A DNA stretch of 64,000 bases. It comes from a virus. Lineage: Duplodnaviria > Caudoviricetes. The notes beneath the pieces were generated by a model. That model was given only the letters and a program-made list of their open reading frames with translations. It was not told where the DNA came from and made no database searches. This document shows, in pieces, positions 54,744 to 64,000 of this stretch (its first letter is position 1; each line of letters begins with the position of its first letter). A program made the position numbers and the translations under genes. The stretch lies in IMG/VR virus record IMGVR_UViG_3300035182_001152; one strand, given 5' to 3'.

Positions 54744-55379
54744 TCAGGACGCGTCCGCTTCGGCATCGTTCTCAGTGCCCGCGGCGTCGCTGGAGGTCTC
54801 GAGCGCTTCGGTCCAGCCCGCCTTGTTCGAGTGGCAGTTCTGGTAGTACGTGGCGGCGCCCGCCTTGGACAGGCCGATCACGTCAACGAAGTGCTTGATG
54901 ATCTCGGCGCGGGTCTTGCCGTCGTTGGCCAACGTGATGTAGGCGTCGATCGCCATTTCCTTCTTGGTCGGCACGTTGTCCTTGGCCTCGACGGTCGCTT
55001 CGGCGTTGCCCTCGGCCGTGCCTTCGGCGGACGCTTCCGTGGTCGTCGGCTCGGCGGCGGCCGAGGTCGAGACGGCCTCGGTCGTGCCCTCAGCGGCGAC
55101 CAGCTTGTAGATACCGTCCTCGCCCTTCTCGAGCAGGGCCGAGGCGTTCTTCGGGTGCAGGGCGACGACGATCGCCTCGCCGCCGTCCTCGCCGTCGCGG
55201 GTCAGCACGGCGTACGGAGCCTTGCTCTTGTCCTTCATCGAGCCGACTTGGTCGGGCGAGATGCCGGTGATCTTGAGCGTGTGGGTGTTGCCTTCCTCGG
55301 TGGCGAGGACTTCGCGGCCGACGGCGGCGAGGATGGCGAGGGCGACGGCGTGTTGCGCGGGGGCGAGGTTCTTGGACAT
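54744..55379 (-). CDS. Hypothetical protein with shared C-terminal domain
   Basis: AGGAG RBS; C-terminal GLSKAGAATYYQN. Confidence 0.75.
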   Translation of the reverse strand: MSKNLAPAQHAVALAILAAVGREVLATEEGNTHTLKITGISPDQVGSMKDKSKAPYAVLTRDGEDGGEAIVVALHPKNASALLEKGEDGIYKLVAAEGTTEAVSTSAAAEPTTTEASAEGTAEGNAEATVEAKDNVPTKKEMAIDAYITLANDGKTRAEIIKHFVDVIGLSKAGAATYYQNCHSNKAGWTEALETSSDAAGTENDAEADAS

Positions 55380-55526
55380 GGTGCAGCTCCTGTGGAGAGG
55401 GTGGATGAGGGCTGGTCGTAGTCGCTTGCTTGCGTTGTTCGATCCAGTGAAGTAACTATAAGGGAAACCGCAGGTCGAATCAACTGGGCGATGATGCTTT
55501 TTTCACCACGAGGTGAAAACACCCAC

Positions 55527-55877
55527 TCAGTCGATCAACGCTTTATAGATACGGATCAGCTCGTTGACGTCGGCGCCAAAATACTTGGCTGCAAGCGTAG
55601 ATTGATTGTGGGCAGTGACCTCACGGGCATCCGGTTGATAGCACACGCCCTCAGGGGTGTGCATCTGACCATGGGGGATATGCACCACGGGGTTCCATGC
55701 CATCTTTTCCTTATCGAGAACCGATAAGTGGGCATAGCATTGGAATTTGTAAGAGTCCGACTTGACCTCGATTCTGACCTTGTGGGCACCGACCGTTGCG
55801 AACTGCAACAGCGTCACGTCCTGGCGGCCGCGGGACACCTTCCGGTCAATGTTCGTAAACAGCTTGTTCGTGGGCAT
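55527..55877 (-). CDS. Hypothetical protein
   Basis: GAGGAG RBS. Confidence 0.65.
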   Translation of the reverse strand: MPTNKLFTNIDRKVSRGRQDVTLLQFATVGAHKVRIEVKSDSYKFQCYAHLSVLDKEKMAWNPVVHIPHGQMHTPEGVCYQPDAREVTAHNQSTLAAKYFGADVNELIRIYKALID

Positions 55878-55966
55878 GGTTGCTCCTCGTTGAAAGATGT
55901 AACAATTGTACCCCAAAAACAACGAAAGAACCACATGGGTCCTTTTCGTGCTTCAGCCGCGGCGGC

Positions 55967-56158
55967 CTACTGGTCTTGATTGGCCGCCTTCTTGCCGCCC
56001 TTGATGTAGCTGGCGTACGACAGGTACTTCTGCCACCACGCGTTCTTCTTGCCGTGCTTTGGCGCCGTCTTCGACGGGCCCTTGTTGCCAGCGAGGCGCT
56101 GGGTCGACGCCTGCTTCTCAGTGATGTGGCGCTTGGCGTTCTTGCTGTTCTTGCTCAT
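55967..56158 (-). CDS. Small Lys-rich protein
   Basis: GGAGG RBS; highly basic. Confidence 0.55.
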   Translation of the reverse strand: MSKNSKNAKRHITEKQASTQRLAGNKGPSKTAPKHGKKNAWWQKYLSYASYIKGGKKAANQDQ

Positions 56159-56386
56159 GCTCTGGGATCCTCCAGGTGGGATTGTTGATATGAATGCGCT
56201 GGGGGCGCCGGCCCGGGCCGGCGCCGGAATCCTCTAACATGCGTATTCTCTGATCGCGGGCGGTCTCAGCACACTTGCTGAGCGCTGCCGCAGCACAGAT
56301 AACTCTAGCCGAGGGTGACTTCGGGGCGGGCGCATGTCACATCAAAGCCCTATAGCGGTAATCCCATTCAGATCTCCAGGTGTTGA

Positions 56387-56420
56387 GTTGATCCTAACCC
56401 AATTGCGAGCTAGGATCAAC
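56387..56420 (-). promoter_or_regulatory. Hairpin-embedded sigma70 promoter
   Basis: TTGATC-17-TAGGAT within GTTGATCCTA inverted repeat. Confidence 0.7.
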
Positions 56421-56728
56421 AGGGTGACGTGATCAGCCCTCCTGCGCCTCGCGCTCACGGACGCGGGCCAGCGTTCCCTTGCGGGCCGCCTTCGCCAGGC
56501 GGTTCATCCGCGAATCACCGCCGTCGTTCTTGCGCTGCGGGGCATGCTTGGCACGGTGCGACTTGTTCACGTCTGATCTCCTGTAGGTGACGTTGTTGAT
56601 CAATCGACAGGGTCTATCCTAATACCGTCGAGGGTAATGATCAACAGGGTGAAACTACCCGTTCGTGACCAAAAAGCGGAAGGGCCCTACCGTTGCTAGC
56701 AGAGCCCTTCTGAACGAGGAGACGGTGG

Positions 56729-57298
56729 TCAGTGGACGGTCGGGTACGGCACCGGTTGGATCGTGATCGTCATCACCGGCTTCTCAGCCGGCGTGGCGTC
56801 CTCGAACACAAACTTGCGGATCAGCGCGCCGTGCTCGTGCTCAGCGGAGCAGTCCAGCAGCTCAGGCTCTTCTTCGATGATCGCGCGGCCGGTGGTGCGC
56901 TCCGTCAAGTACAGCTTCGGCGTGACGTCGTCCTCAAGCGCGTCGGTGTTCGGGTAGTTGAACCAGACGCTCTCGGTCACCGGGTACGTTGTGACGATCT
57001 CGGCGTCCAGGCTGGCGAAAGCGCCCTCGTGGTGTGTGCCGCAGACAGCGCATTGCGGGTGGCCGTTGCTGCCGTCCATGGCGGATGCAGCAGTGTCGAG
57101 CACAACCATGCTCTGCCCGCCGACCTCGCTGAGCCCGCTGAGCAGGCTAGCGATCTCGTCACGGAACTCCTGCTCGCGTTCGGCGATCTTCGCCTGGGCT
57201 TCTTCCCTCGACAGTTGGCGCGTCGCGGTGAACTCAAACACGTCGCCGTTGTCGTCTTGGACCAGGCGGGTGTCGCCGATCTGGATAGTGTACTTCAT
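56729..57298 (-). CDS. Hypothetical acidic protein
   Basis: AGGAGGAG RBS; terminator-like hairpin and T-run downstream. Confidence 0.7.
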   Translation of the reverse strand: MKYTIQIGDTRLVQDDNGDVFEFTATRQLSREEAQAKIAEREQEFRDEIASLLSGLSEVGGQSMVVLDTAASAMDGSNGHPQCAVCGTHHEGAFASLDAEIVTTYPVTESVWFNYPNTDALEDDVTPKLYLTERTTGRAIIEEEPELLDCSAEHEHGALIRKFVFEDATPAEKPVMTITIQPVPYPTVH

Positions 57299-57366
57299 GG
57301 TGCTCCTCCTTGGGGAGTGGTTGTGGAGAGGAGATCATACCACGATCTCCTGTTGGGGTCAACTAG

Positions 57367-57624
57367 TCAGTCGCTGAGCTTATGCCCCAGGACCGTCATG
57401 TACTTCTCGTTGGTGCCCTCGTACAGGAACCAGATGAAGATGTCTTCACCACGCAGCACATTGAACGGGGTCGGGTCGATCCAGCGTCCGAGAGCGATCG
57501 ATGCGAGCTCGATCGCAATCAGCAGCTCGTCCATCATGTTGCCCACGTTGGTGAACACCACCTTCATGATCTGGTTCGTCTCAACGATTGTGATCATCGC
57601 TTGGATTCGCGGAATCGGCAGCAT
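57367..57624 (-). CDS. Hypothetical protein
   Basis: AAGGA RBS. Confidence 0.6.
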   Translation of the reverse strand: MLPIPRIQAMITIVETNQIMKVVFTNVGNMMDELLIAIELASIALGRWIDPTPFNVLRGEDIFIWFLYEGTNEKYMTVLGHKLSD

Positions 57625-57682
57625 ACTGGTCCTTGGTTGCGGTGGGAAGATGATACAACACCTTCCGACCAAGTTCAACAAG

Positions 57683-58309
57683 TCACTCCGTCTTCGGAGC
57701 GCCCAGCTTCTTCTTCAGATTGAACGCATACGTCGTTGCTCCACCCTTCGTCATTTGTGCTTCTGCGATCAGCACTTTGATGAATTCTTGGTTTGTCAAC
57801 GGCGACGGTGTGTCGAGAACGTGCTTGCGGTACAGGGCCTCAGCCAGAATCTGCTTTCCGCCCTTCTTGATTTCGCCCGACGCCTTGACCTCGACGACGG
57901 TGTCGACGCTCTTGGCAACAGCGGCCGACGTAGTGTTTCCACCCGTGACCGATTCCGCTTCAGCGTACATGCAGCGGTTCTCCGGCTTCATGATCACGCC
58001 TTCCGCCCGCTTTTTCGCGTTCGCGAGCAGCAGCGGCAGTGTATCGTTATCGATCTGCCCATGCTGCTTGATCGCAGCTTCCGTCATCGCTTGCGCGACC
58101 GTGACCGCGTAGACGAACGGCGAGCACATCTTCTGCTCGTGAACTTCCGCGTACGACGGCGCCGTGCCGAACACCCGCTGCATGAAGCTGATCGCTTCAG
58201 ACGGCTCGGTCCCACGCTCTTCGATGTGGAGCCGCACCTCTTGCACGGCACGCATCACGCTGTTCGGGTTGATGTCCAGGTGCCGCAGGGCTACGTTGAC
58301 GTTGAGCAC
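57683..58309 (-). CDS. Hypothetical protein with shared C-terminal domain
   Basis: GGAGAG RBS; C-terminal MTKGGATTYAFNLKKKLG. Confidence 0.7.
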   Translation of the reverse strand: MLNVNVALRHLDINPNSVMRAVQEVRLHIEERGTEPSEAISFMQRVFGTAPSYAEVHEQKMCSPFVYAVTVAQAMTEAAIKQHGQIDNDTLPLLLANAKKRAEGVIMKPENRCMYAEAESVTGGNTTSAAVAKSVDTVVEVKASGEIKKGGKQILAEALYRKHVLDTPSPLTNQEFIKVLIAEAQMTKGGATTYAFNLKKKLGAPKTE

Positions 58310-58409
58310 TTCGCTCTCCAGTTCGTTACAGTGAAGTCAGTATCCTTTAGACCACGGTTACTGACAACACTGCTGGTGTGGGGAGTTATCCCCACACCGT
58401 CGCCGTTGA

Positions 58410-59003
58410 TCAGCCGACGAGCTTGAGCAGCTCTTCGTTCTGCAGCAGGGCAGCCATGCCGCACTGACCCAGCTTCATCTCGGCGATCTTGCCGCGAATC
58501 TGCCGTTCCTTGCGACCGACTTGCTTGATGTTGCCCATCACCTCGAGCAGCTTGCCCTCGAGATCGGCGATCAGCGCGGTCAGACGCGCCTTCTCGTCGA
58601 GATCGATCTGGTTGATCGGCACGAACATCGACTTCGTGTAGGCGGAGTGGTTGTCGCGGTCGCCACGATCGGCCATCTTGATGGCGATGACGATCGACTT
58701 ACCCCTCGTGCGGTAGCTGTCATCGCTCCAGTTGACCGTCACACCGTCGACGGTGAACGTCAGGCCGAGATGGGGCACCGTCGCTTCGTAGTCGCTGCGC
58801 TTGACCGAAGCGATCAGGCCCTTCTCGAGGTCGTCGGCTTCGCGCTTGTCCGCCTTGATCTGCGACTGCAGTTGGTCCTTCGTGTCGAACAGGTTGGTCT
58901 CGTACTTCGAGACGAACACCGAGACGACTTCGTCCATGCCGACGTTGACGTTCGATTCGATCGACTTCAGGGCGACGGCCATGCCGTTTTGGTTCGTGTT
59001 CAT
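58410..59003 (-). CDS. Coiled-coil hypothetical protein
   Basis: GAGGA RBS. Confidence 0.7.
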   Translation of the reverse strand: MNTNQNGMAVALKSIESNVNVGMDEVVSVFVSKYETNLFDTKDQLQSQIKADKREADDLEKGLIASVKRSDYEATVPHLGLTFTVDGVTVNWSDDSYRTRGKSIVIAIKMADRGDRDNHSAYTKSMFVPINQIDLDEKARLTALIADLEGKLLEVMGNIKQVGRKERQIRGKIAEMKLGQCGMAALLQNEELLKLVG

Positions 59004-59093
59004 TTGATGTGTCCTCGTGTGAAGGTTGTGGATGGGTGCCTAACTGGCAAAGCCAGTATCTAACGAAAAGGTGAACAGACAACAGGGGCAGGC

Positions 59094-59748
59094 TCACGAT
59101 TGGCTGCCTTTGTTGGTCGGCTGCTTGTCGAACATCGTGGGGTTGTCCCAGATCTGCTTCATCCTGTCGACTTCTTCAGGAGCAGTCGTGATGGTCGTTC
59201 CGTAGTGGTTGAACGTCCACTCGATCTCCTCCCACTTGATCAGTCGTTGCAGAAGCTGCAAAACACCCGCATAATCGTCGTAAACGTGCTTGATGTCGAT
59301 CACACAGGCCGAACCCTTCAGCGGTTTGTTAAGTTGCATCTGGATTCGGTTGATCAGGTGGCCGTAGTCCTTCTTGGTCGCGACGGTGCGAACTGCAGGA
59401 TCAGCATGGATGAACAGCCTGTTGCCACGGCGTTGAGTTCCGGGGACGTAGTCCGACACCGAATAGTAGCTTTGTTGCAGCGCGTCGATCATCATCATCA
59501 GTGATGATGATCGACTTGCTGCCGTCCTTGATCTTGCTCTTCCATGCAGCGACCTCACTGGAGATCACCGAATACCGCCACGCCCGCTTGGGGTAGCCAT
59601 AATAGAAGCGCTCCGAGTCTCCGCCGAGCAGCTCCATCAGCTCTTCGCGCGTGACGAAGTCATCACCTGCATCTTCGATTTTCTCGATTTTGGTGATATC
59701 GATTTTGTACTTCGAAACGTCGACGGTGTACAGGTTGGTCTTGGCCAC
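59094..59748 (-). other. Two overlapping ORFs, possibly one frameshifted gene
   Basis: Frames switch at a (GAT)4/(ATC)n inverted repeat near 59475-59515. Confidence 0.45.
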
Positions 59749-59805
59749 TATGAGGCTCCTCGTTGGTTGATGGTGAGTCCAGTATCCACGCGAACGTAGT
59801 TAGGG

Positions 59806-60120
59806 TCAACGCTCGTCGTAGAAGATCCACACGTACGTGTGCTCGTCGTCCGGATCGACGCTGAACCGCAGGCCGAACACGCCCGCTGCATGCAGCACGA
59901 TGTCGCCGTAACGACCGGCTTCGACTTCGGGCTTCATCTCACCAGTGAAGTGCAACGGCGACAGCGGTGCGAACCCCATGTGGTTCAGCCCCGTCAGCAG
60001 TCGCTGATGCGCATCCGCTTGCAGATGCAGCCCGTCTTCCGCGTCGAGATCGTCAACGTTCGCGTCTTTCGGCAGCAGGCCGATCATCACGCTGCGGGTG
60101 TAGCTCTTGTTGATGTTCAT
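59806..60120 (-). CDS. Hypothetical early protein
   Basis: GAGGAG RBS. Confidence 0.65.
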   Translation of the reverse strand: MNINKSYTRSVMIGLLPKDANVDDLDAEDGLHLQADAHQRLLTGLNHMGFAPLSPLHFTGEMKPEVEAGRYGDIVLHAAGVFGLRFSVDPDDEHTYVWIFYDER

Positions 60121-60173
60121 GTGAACGCTCCTCGTGGTTGGTGTCCAACTATCCCGCTGGATCACCGCGATCC

Positions 60174-60680
60174 TCAACTGGGGGCTTTCTCCAGCTCGCC
60201 AAGCTCCCGCTGGCAGGTGAGGAAGTACGTCACGGCGCCCTGCTTGGTGCAGCCGAACTGCTCGACGAACGCGGTCTGCATCGCATCACGCGACAGCGTC
60301 TTGTTCAAGGCGTAGAACGCCTTGCACTTGGCGATCTTGCTCTCGCCCGCCGCTGGCTTCGTCCGCTTGCGTGCGGGCTCGACGTCGCCCGCATATTCGG
60401 TCGCACCGACACGCGGCACATATTCACCGGTCGGACGCCAGACCTCAACGTGCTTGGCGACTTCCGCATCGATCACGTCCGGCACCGTCACCTTGATGAT
60501 CTTCGTCGCCTGACCGGGAACGGTCCTGCCAAGCAGCGCTTCGCCCTTGCCGTCCCGCCCCTTGCGGATGAACAGCACGCGGAACGCCGTCGGCTTGCCT
60601 TCGTACTCGCGAACAACGCGGTCCTTTGTCGTCAGGTAGTGCGGCTTGCTAAAGTCAGTGACTCGTTGGAATCCTTGCAT
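60174..60680 (-). CDS. Hypothetical protein with shared C-terminal domain
   Basis: AAGGAG RBS; C-terminal GCTKQGAVTYF. Confidence 0.7.
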   Translation of the reverse strand: MQGFQRVTDFSKPHYLTTKDRVVREYEGKPTAFRVLFIRKGRDGKGEALLGRTVPGQATKIIKVTVPDVIDAEVAKHVEVWRPTGEYVPRVGATEYAGDVEPARKRTKPAAGESKIAKCKAFYALNKTLSRDAMQTAFVEQFGCTKQGAVTYFLTCQRELGELEKAPS

Positions 60681-61152
60681 GACGGTTTCTCCTTGAACGG
60701 ATGCCCCCCTACTATCGTTGATATTGGGGTAAAAGACAACGAGCTCAATCGAATTGATTGAGCGACCAGCCGGTGATCATTGCAGCGTGACCCCGCTGAC
60801 GGCGCCGCTCCGCAAGCTTGTCTGCCTTCGCTTTTGCTTTTGCTGCATCACGGTTCGGCAGCCAGCCGATGATCCAGCCCTCGTACAAGCCCTCCATCAT
60901 CGAGCGGCAGCTCTCGACCATCAGTCGGTTGACGTCGCCACCGCGCTCGATCTGCGGGTCGCCGCAGGTGCCACTTCTTACGGTCACCAGGAAACAGCGG
61001 AGTGCCGTCTTCCTTCTGGTGGATGTAGTCGAGCACGAGCGTCACCGGCTTCTGGCAGCAGTGGTACTCCTCCGCCTTCTTGATCATCAGCGCGGCCAGG
61101 GCGTCATCCAGCTTGACATCGCCGGGAAAAGAGTGCAGAATCAGAGCCATGA

Positions 61153-61371
61153 TCAGAACTTGTCGATGTACGTGATGCGTTCGTCGTTGACGATCGTGCT
61201 GAACGTGACGAAGCTGGGGAACACCTGATGGACGATGTTGTCCCAGTTGCGCTCTGCGTCTGCCTCGTTCCCGTACGCATCCAACAGGCACGCTTGAGCG
61301 GTGAATTCAGCCATCTCGATCTGCTCGGTATGGCAGTTCGCAGGTGCGGTCGTAATTTTCAAGACTTGCAT
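61153..61371 (-). CDS. Hypothetical early protein
   Basis: AAGGAG RBS; TTTACC-17-GATACT upstream. Confidence 0.6.
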   Translation of the reverse strand: MQVLKITTAPANCHTEQIEMAEFTAQACLLDAYGNEADAERNWDNIVHQVFPSFVTFSTIVNDERITYIDKF

Positions 61372-61684
61372 TTCTCAGCTCTCCTTAGTCGGTACCGTAG
61401 TATCTAACAACCACAGACAGAGGTAAATAGGCAGTCTTACAGCGACTCGTCATATATAAAGCTAGAGAATGCGATTCGATCCGCAAGCACCCCGTCATAG
61501 TACTCAGCTCCGGCATACGACGAAACTGAACGGACCGCCTAAGATCAACACCGCACCTCACTTTGAAGTCCCAGCACTACAGGGCCGCCTCCTTCTGCAG
61601 CAAGGCGCAAGCAGAAACTCCGACCACCCCGGCGAAACCGTGAGGTGTTTTTACTGTTTCCGCTTGACCCCAACACCGTTCACA

Positions 61685-61740
61685 GCTATGATACACATAC
61701 TGATTCGAACCGCAGCTACGGGGGATGGACGGCGAAAGCA
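61685..61740 (+). repeat. 56-bp direct repeat, copy 1
   Basis: Identical to 62176-62231. Confidence 0.93.
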
Positions 61741-61796
61741 GACGTCTGTCACAGTATCGCAACGGGGGCGCTCGCGAGCGCCCCCTGGGGTTGCCG

Positions 61797-62087
61797 TTAC
61801 AGCTTCAGCTCAGCGACGATCGCGCGCAGCGCGATGTCGATGTGAGTGTCGTTGATATACGGATACAGGTTGTCGCAGACCCATGCATACGGCACCGTTG
61901 CGCGCAGCATATCCCACCCGAGCCGCATGTCGACATCCTTGACCCGCTGATCGCTGCTGAGCTGCTGTTTATAAGCAGCAATGCGGGCGCGGCCAGCCTG
62001 CTCAACGTATGCCGCCGCTGCGGCACGCAGGTGCTCGTAGTGTTCCGGTTTGATCTTCATCTTCATCTTCATCTTCATCTTCATCAT
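61797..62087 (-). CDS. Hypothetical protein with (MK)5 N-terminal expansion
   Basis: AAGGAG RBS; (ATCTTC)5 at 62053-62082. Confidence 0.65.
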   Translation of the reverse strand: MMKMKMKMKMKIKPEHYEHLRAAAAAYVEQAGRARIAAYKQQLSSDQRVKDVDMRLGWDMLRATVPYAWVCDNLYPYINDTHIDIALRAIVAELKL

Positions 62088-62175
62088 TAGCTCCTTGTTG
62101 TGGAGCCTCTATGATACAGCATCAGCTACACTGCAGCGTGAGGGTTTCCACCGATCACCACCACCGCACGAACCT

Positions 62176-62231
62176 GCTATGATACACATACTGATTCGAA
62201 CCGCAGCTACGGGGGATGGACGGCGAAAGCA
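62176..62231 (+). repeat. 56-bp direct repeat, copy 2
   Basis: Identical to 61685-61740. Confidence 0.93.
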
Positions 62232-62572
62232 CCTATCTGTTTTTCTCCCCCGGCAACTCGCACCATCCCAACCGAGAGTATCACCCAAAACGCAGTGGTT
62301 GGCATGGGATTTTACCCTCAGTTGACGATTGTACACCGCTTGATGTATAATGTCAGATGCGTGTAACTTTTTGGTTGCCCTGTTGACATTTGGAAAAGTC
62401 GGGTTCTCTTTGTACATGTTGACTTGGTTACAGTTTGAGAGGTCGCCCTGTATAAGTGAGAATGAGCGTAATGAGCGGGCAGAACACGATGGTCAACGGG
62501 GCAAGCGCCCAAAGACGACGGTTATTGCCGGTCAACGGGGCAATCGTGGGTGCTTTCCCCAGGGGGCTAACC

Positions 62573-62629
62573 ACCCATATTGTGGGTGGAAACACCCATA
62601 TTGTGGGTAGAAAGCCCCATATTGTGGGT
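62573..62629. repeat. Three iteron-like CCCATATTGTGGGT repeats, 21-bp period
   Basis: Copies start at 62573, 62594, 62615. Confidence 0.9.
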
Positions 62630-63124
62630 GTAAACCCGCACTGTCACTTGTGACCGACCAGCCGTTGACGTCAAATTGGTTAATAATGTACAATAGATAT
62701 GCGTTGATTATTGCTTAAACGGACGCTAATACGACTGGACAAACAATGCAAAAATACCAAATCAGTGTTCTCAGCGCGGGAGCGCTTGTTACACACGACA
62801 TTTAAGGTGAATCTTACAGCACAAACAAGCGGTTCGATGACATTTGGACCGTTGACTTCTATGATCGAGACGGAAGGAACGTCTGTGAGATGTTCATTGC
62901 CGACGGCCATACGTTCATGATCACGAAGCGTTGACAAAACGTCTGTTCGCCCCGGGTTCAAAACACACCGAAATCGCATGAATCTGCGGTAAAATCGGCC
63001 ATGCTGTTTTTCACAGAACTGATTGTAAACTGGTCATAACCCTATAGATTGTCGAGAGACAATAGGGTTAACCGTGTTGATTGTTGCTAAAACAGCAATG
63101 TTTACTAGTAACCACGGTGCAGAC

Positions 63125-63256
63125 CATGTTGATTATGGCTAAAAACAGCACTAATCAACAGAGACCACGGTGCAGATCATGTTGATTATGCACATAATCC
63201 GCCGGTAGATCATGTTGATTATGGCTAAAAACAGCACTAATCAACAGAGACCACGG
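63125..63256. repeat. 46-bp direct repeats with internal TGTTGATT..AATCAACA symmetry
   Basis: Copies 63125-63170 and 63211-63256; partial third CATGTTGATTATG at 63178. Confidence 0.9.
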
Positions 63257-63784
63257 GTAGATTACGCGGATATAACGCAATAATGACGAACTACCTCCCC
63301 TTGGGTGTGGTTCCCATTATGCGAAAATCAGCAACAATGTGGCGGAGTTGAGTGATCACTTTTGCTCAAATGTCTACTAGTAAACACCCGTGCAGAACGA
63401 CTGCTTCCCCGCAGATTATGTGGGTAATCCGGGCTGTCACGTTGCAGTCCGGCAACGACCAATTGCGTACAACTTCCCCGGCGGAATGTACGGTGTTACG
63501 GGCGTCACTGATTACGCTCCCCTATACTATTCGTTGACATATCATATTGCGGGTTATACAGTAGTTACGGTTCCGGCTCCGCACGACGGGGTTCCGGCTC
63601 ACCCAGGGGACTGACTTGGCGAGCGAATTGATCATACGAATGATGCTGACGTTTACGTTGCTAGCGATGATCGGATTGGTTACGTGGGCGTATCCGGGGG
63701 GGGGGGGGTCAGCAAGAACGTGTCGTTCTGGGCTGGGTGGTTTGGCTTGGTTAATCTGGCTGGTGTAGCTGGGTGCCTACTGGA

Positions 63785-63967
63785 ATGGATTTGGATGCCA
63801 TGATTACAGAGAAAACTTTAGATGCGGCTGATCGGGAGATCGAGCAGCTGCTTAACATTGTACGGGACCGGAGGACAACCAGTGCTGCGTGGGAAACGGT
63901 GATCATGCTTCAGCTGGAAGTTGTTGCAGCGATTGTTGACACAATTTACCAGGAGATAGAGCAATGA
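63785..63967 (+). CDS. Small hypothetical protein
   Basis: First + strand ORF after the repeat-rich region. Confidence 0.5.
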   Translation: MDLDAMITEKTLDAADREIEQLLNIVRDRRTTSAAWETVIMLQLEVVAAIVDTIYQEIEQ

Positions 63968-64000
63968 CGCCACAACCAATTGGTGACTACCCGCCGCCCA

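Noticed and set aside
45472-58426. Long + strand ORFs (45472-46983, 48483-49679, 52524-53801, 56732-58426 and similar)
   Set aside because: Shadow ORFs antisense to GC3-biased minus-strand genes that have RBSs and promoters; no motifs or RBS of their own.
63696-63708. G13 tract as functional G-quadruplex or phase-variation site
   Set aside because: A single homopolymer outside any credible ORF; cannot be distinguished from a sequencing artefact.
1-64000. Diversity-generating retroelement or retron
   Set aside because: No reverse transcriptase motif (YxDD in RT context) and no template/variable repeat pair with A-specific mismatches seen.

Overview
The window looks like part of a large (jumbo) T4-like myophage genome, probably infecting a proteobacterium; the host and taxonomy are inferred, not database-checked. 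It has no rRNA and no CRISPR array. (1) 1-14.7 kb, + strand: a translationally coupled RiPP-like operon with a 67-aa peptide ending in CNCNCNCAC, an orphan protein, four radical SAM enzymes and a DUF3050 heme-oxygenase-like oxidase. It is followed by virion/tail proteins, a DnaE-like fragment, Fe-SOD and a frameshifted HNH gene missing from the ORF track. (2) 14.7-39 kb, mostly - strand: auxiliary metabolism and translation genes (folE2, queD-like, panD, erpA, tyrS, MazG, NUDIX, HD hydrolase, macro domain, Rap1a-like, L7/L12-GNAT fusion), tRNA-Pro, tRNA-Ala and four structured non-coding segments that share motifs. (3) 39-62 kb, - strand, visibly GC-richer: many small early genes, each behind a sigma70-type promoter that often lies in a covarying hairpin. 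Five of these proteins share a ~45-aa C-terminal domain. (4) 62.1-63.7 kb: an ORF-poor, repeat-rich strand-switch region that may be an origin or terminus. All family calls come from motif recognition by eye, and start codons were refined by hand.
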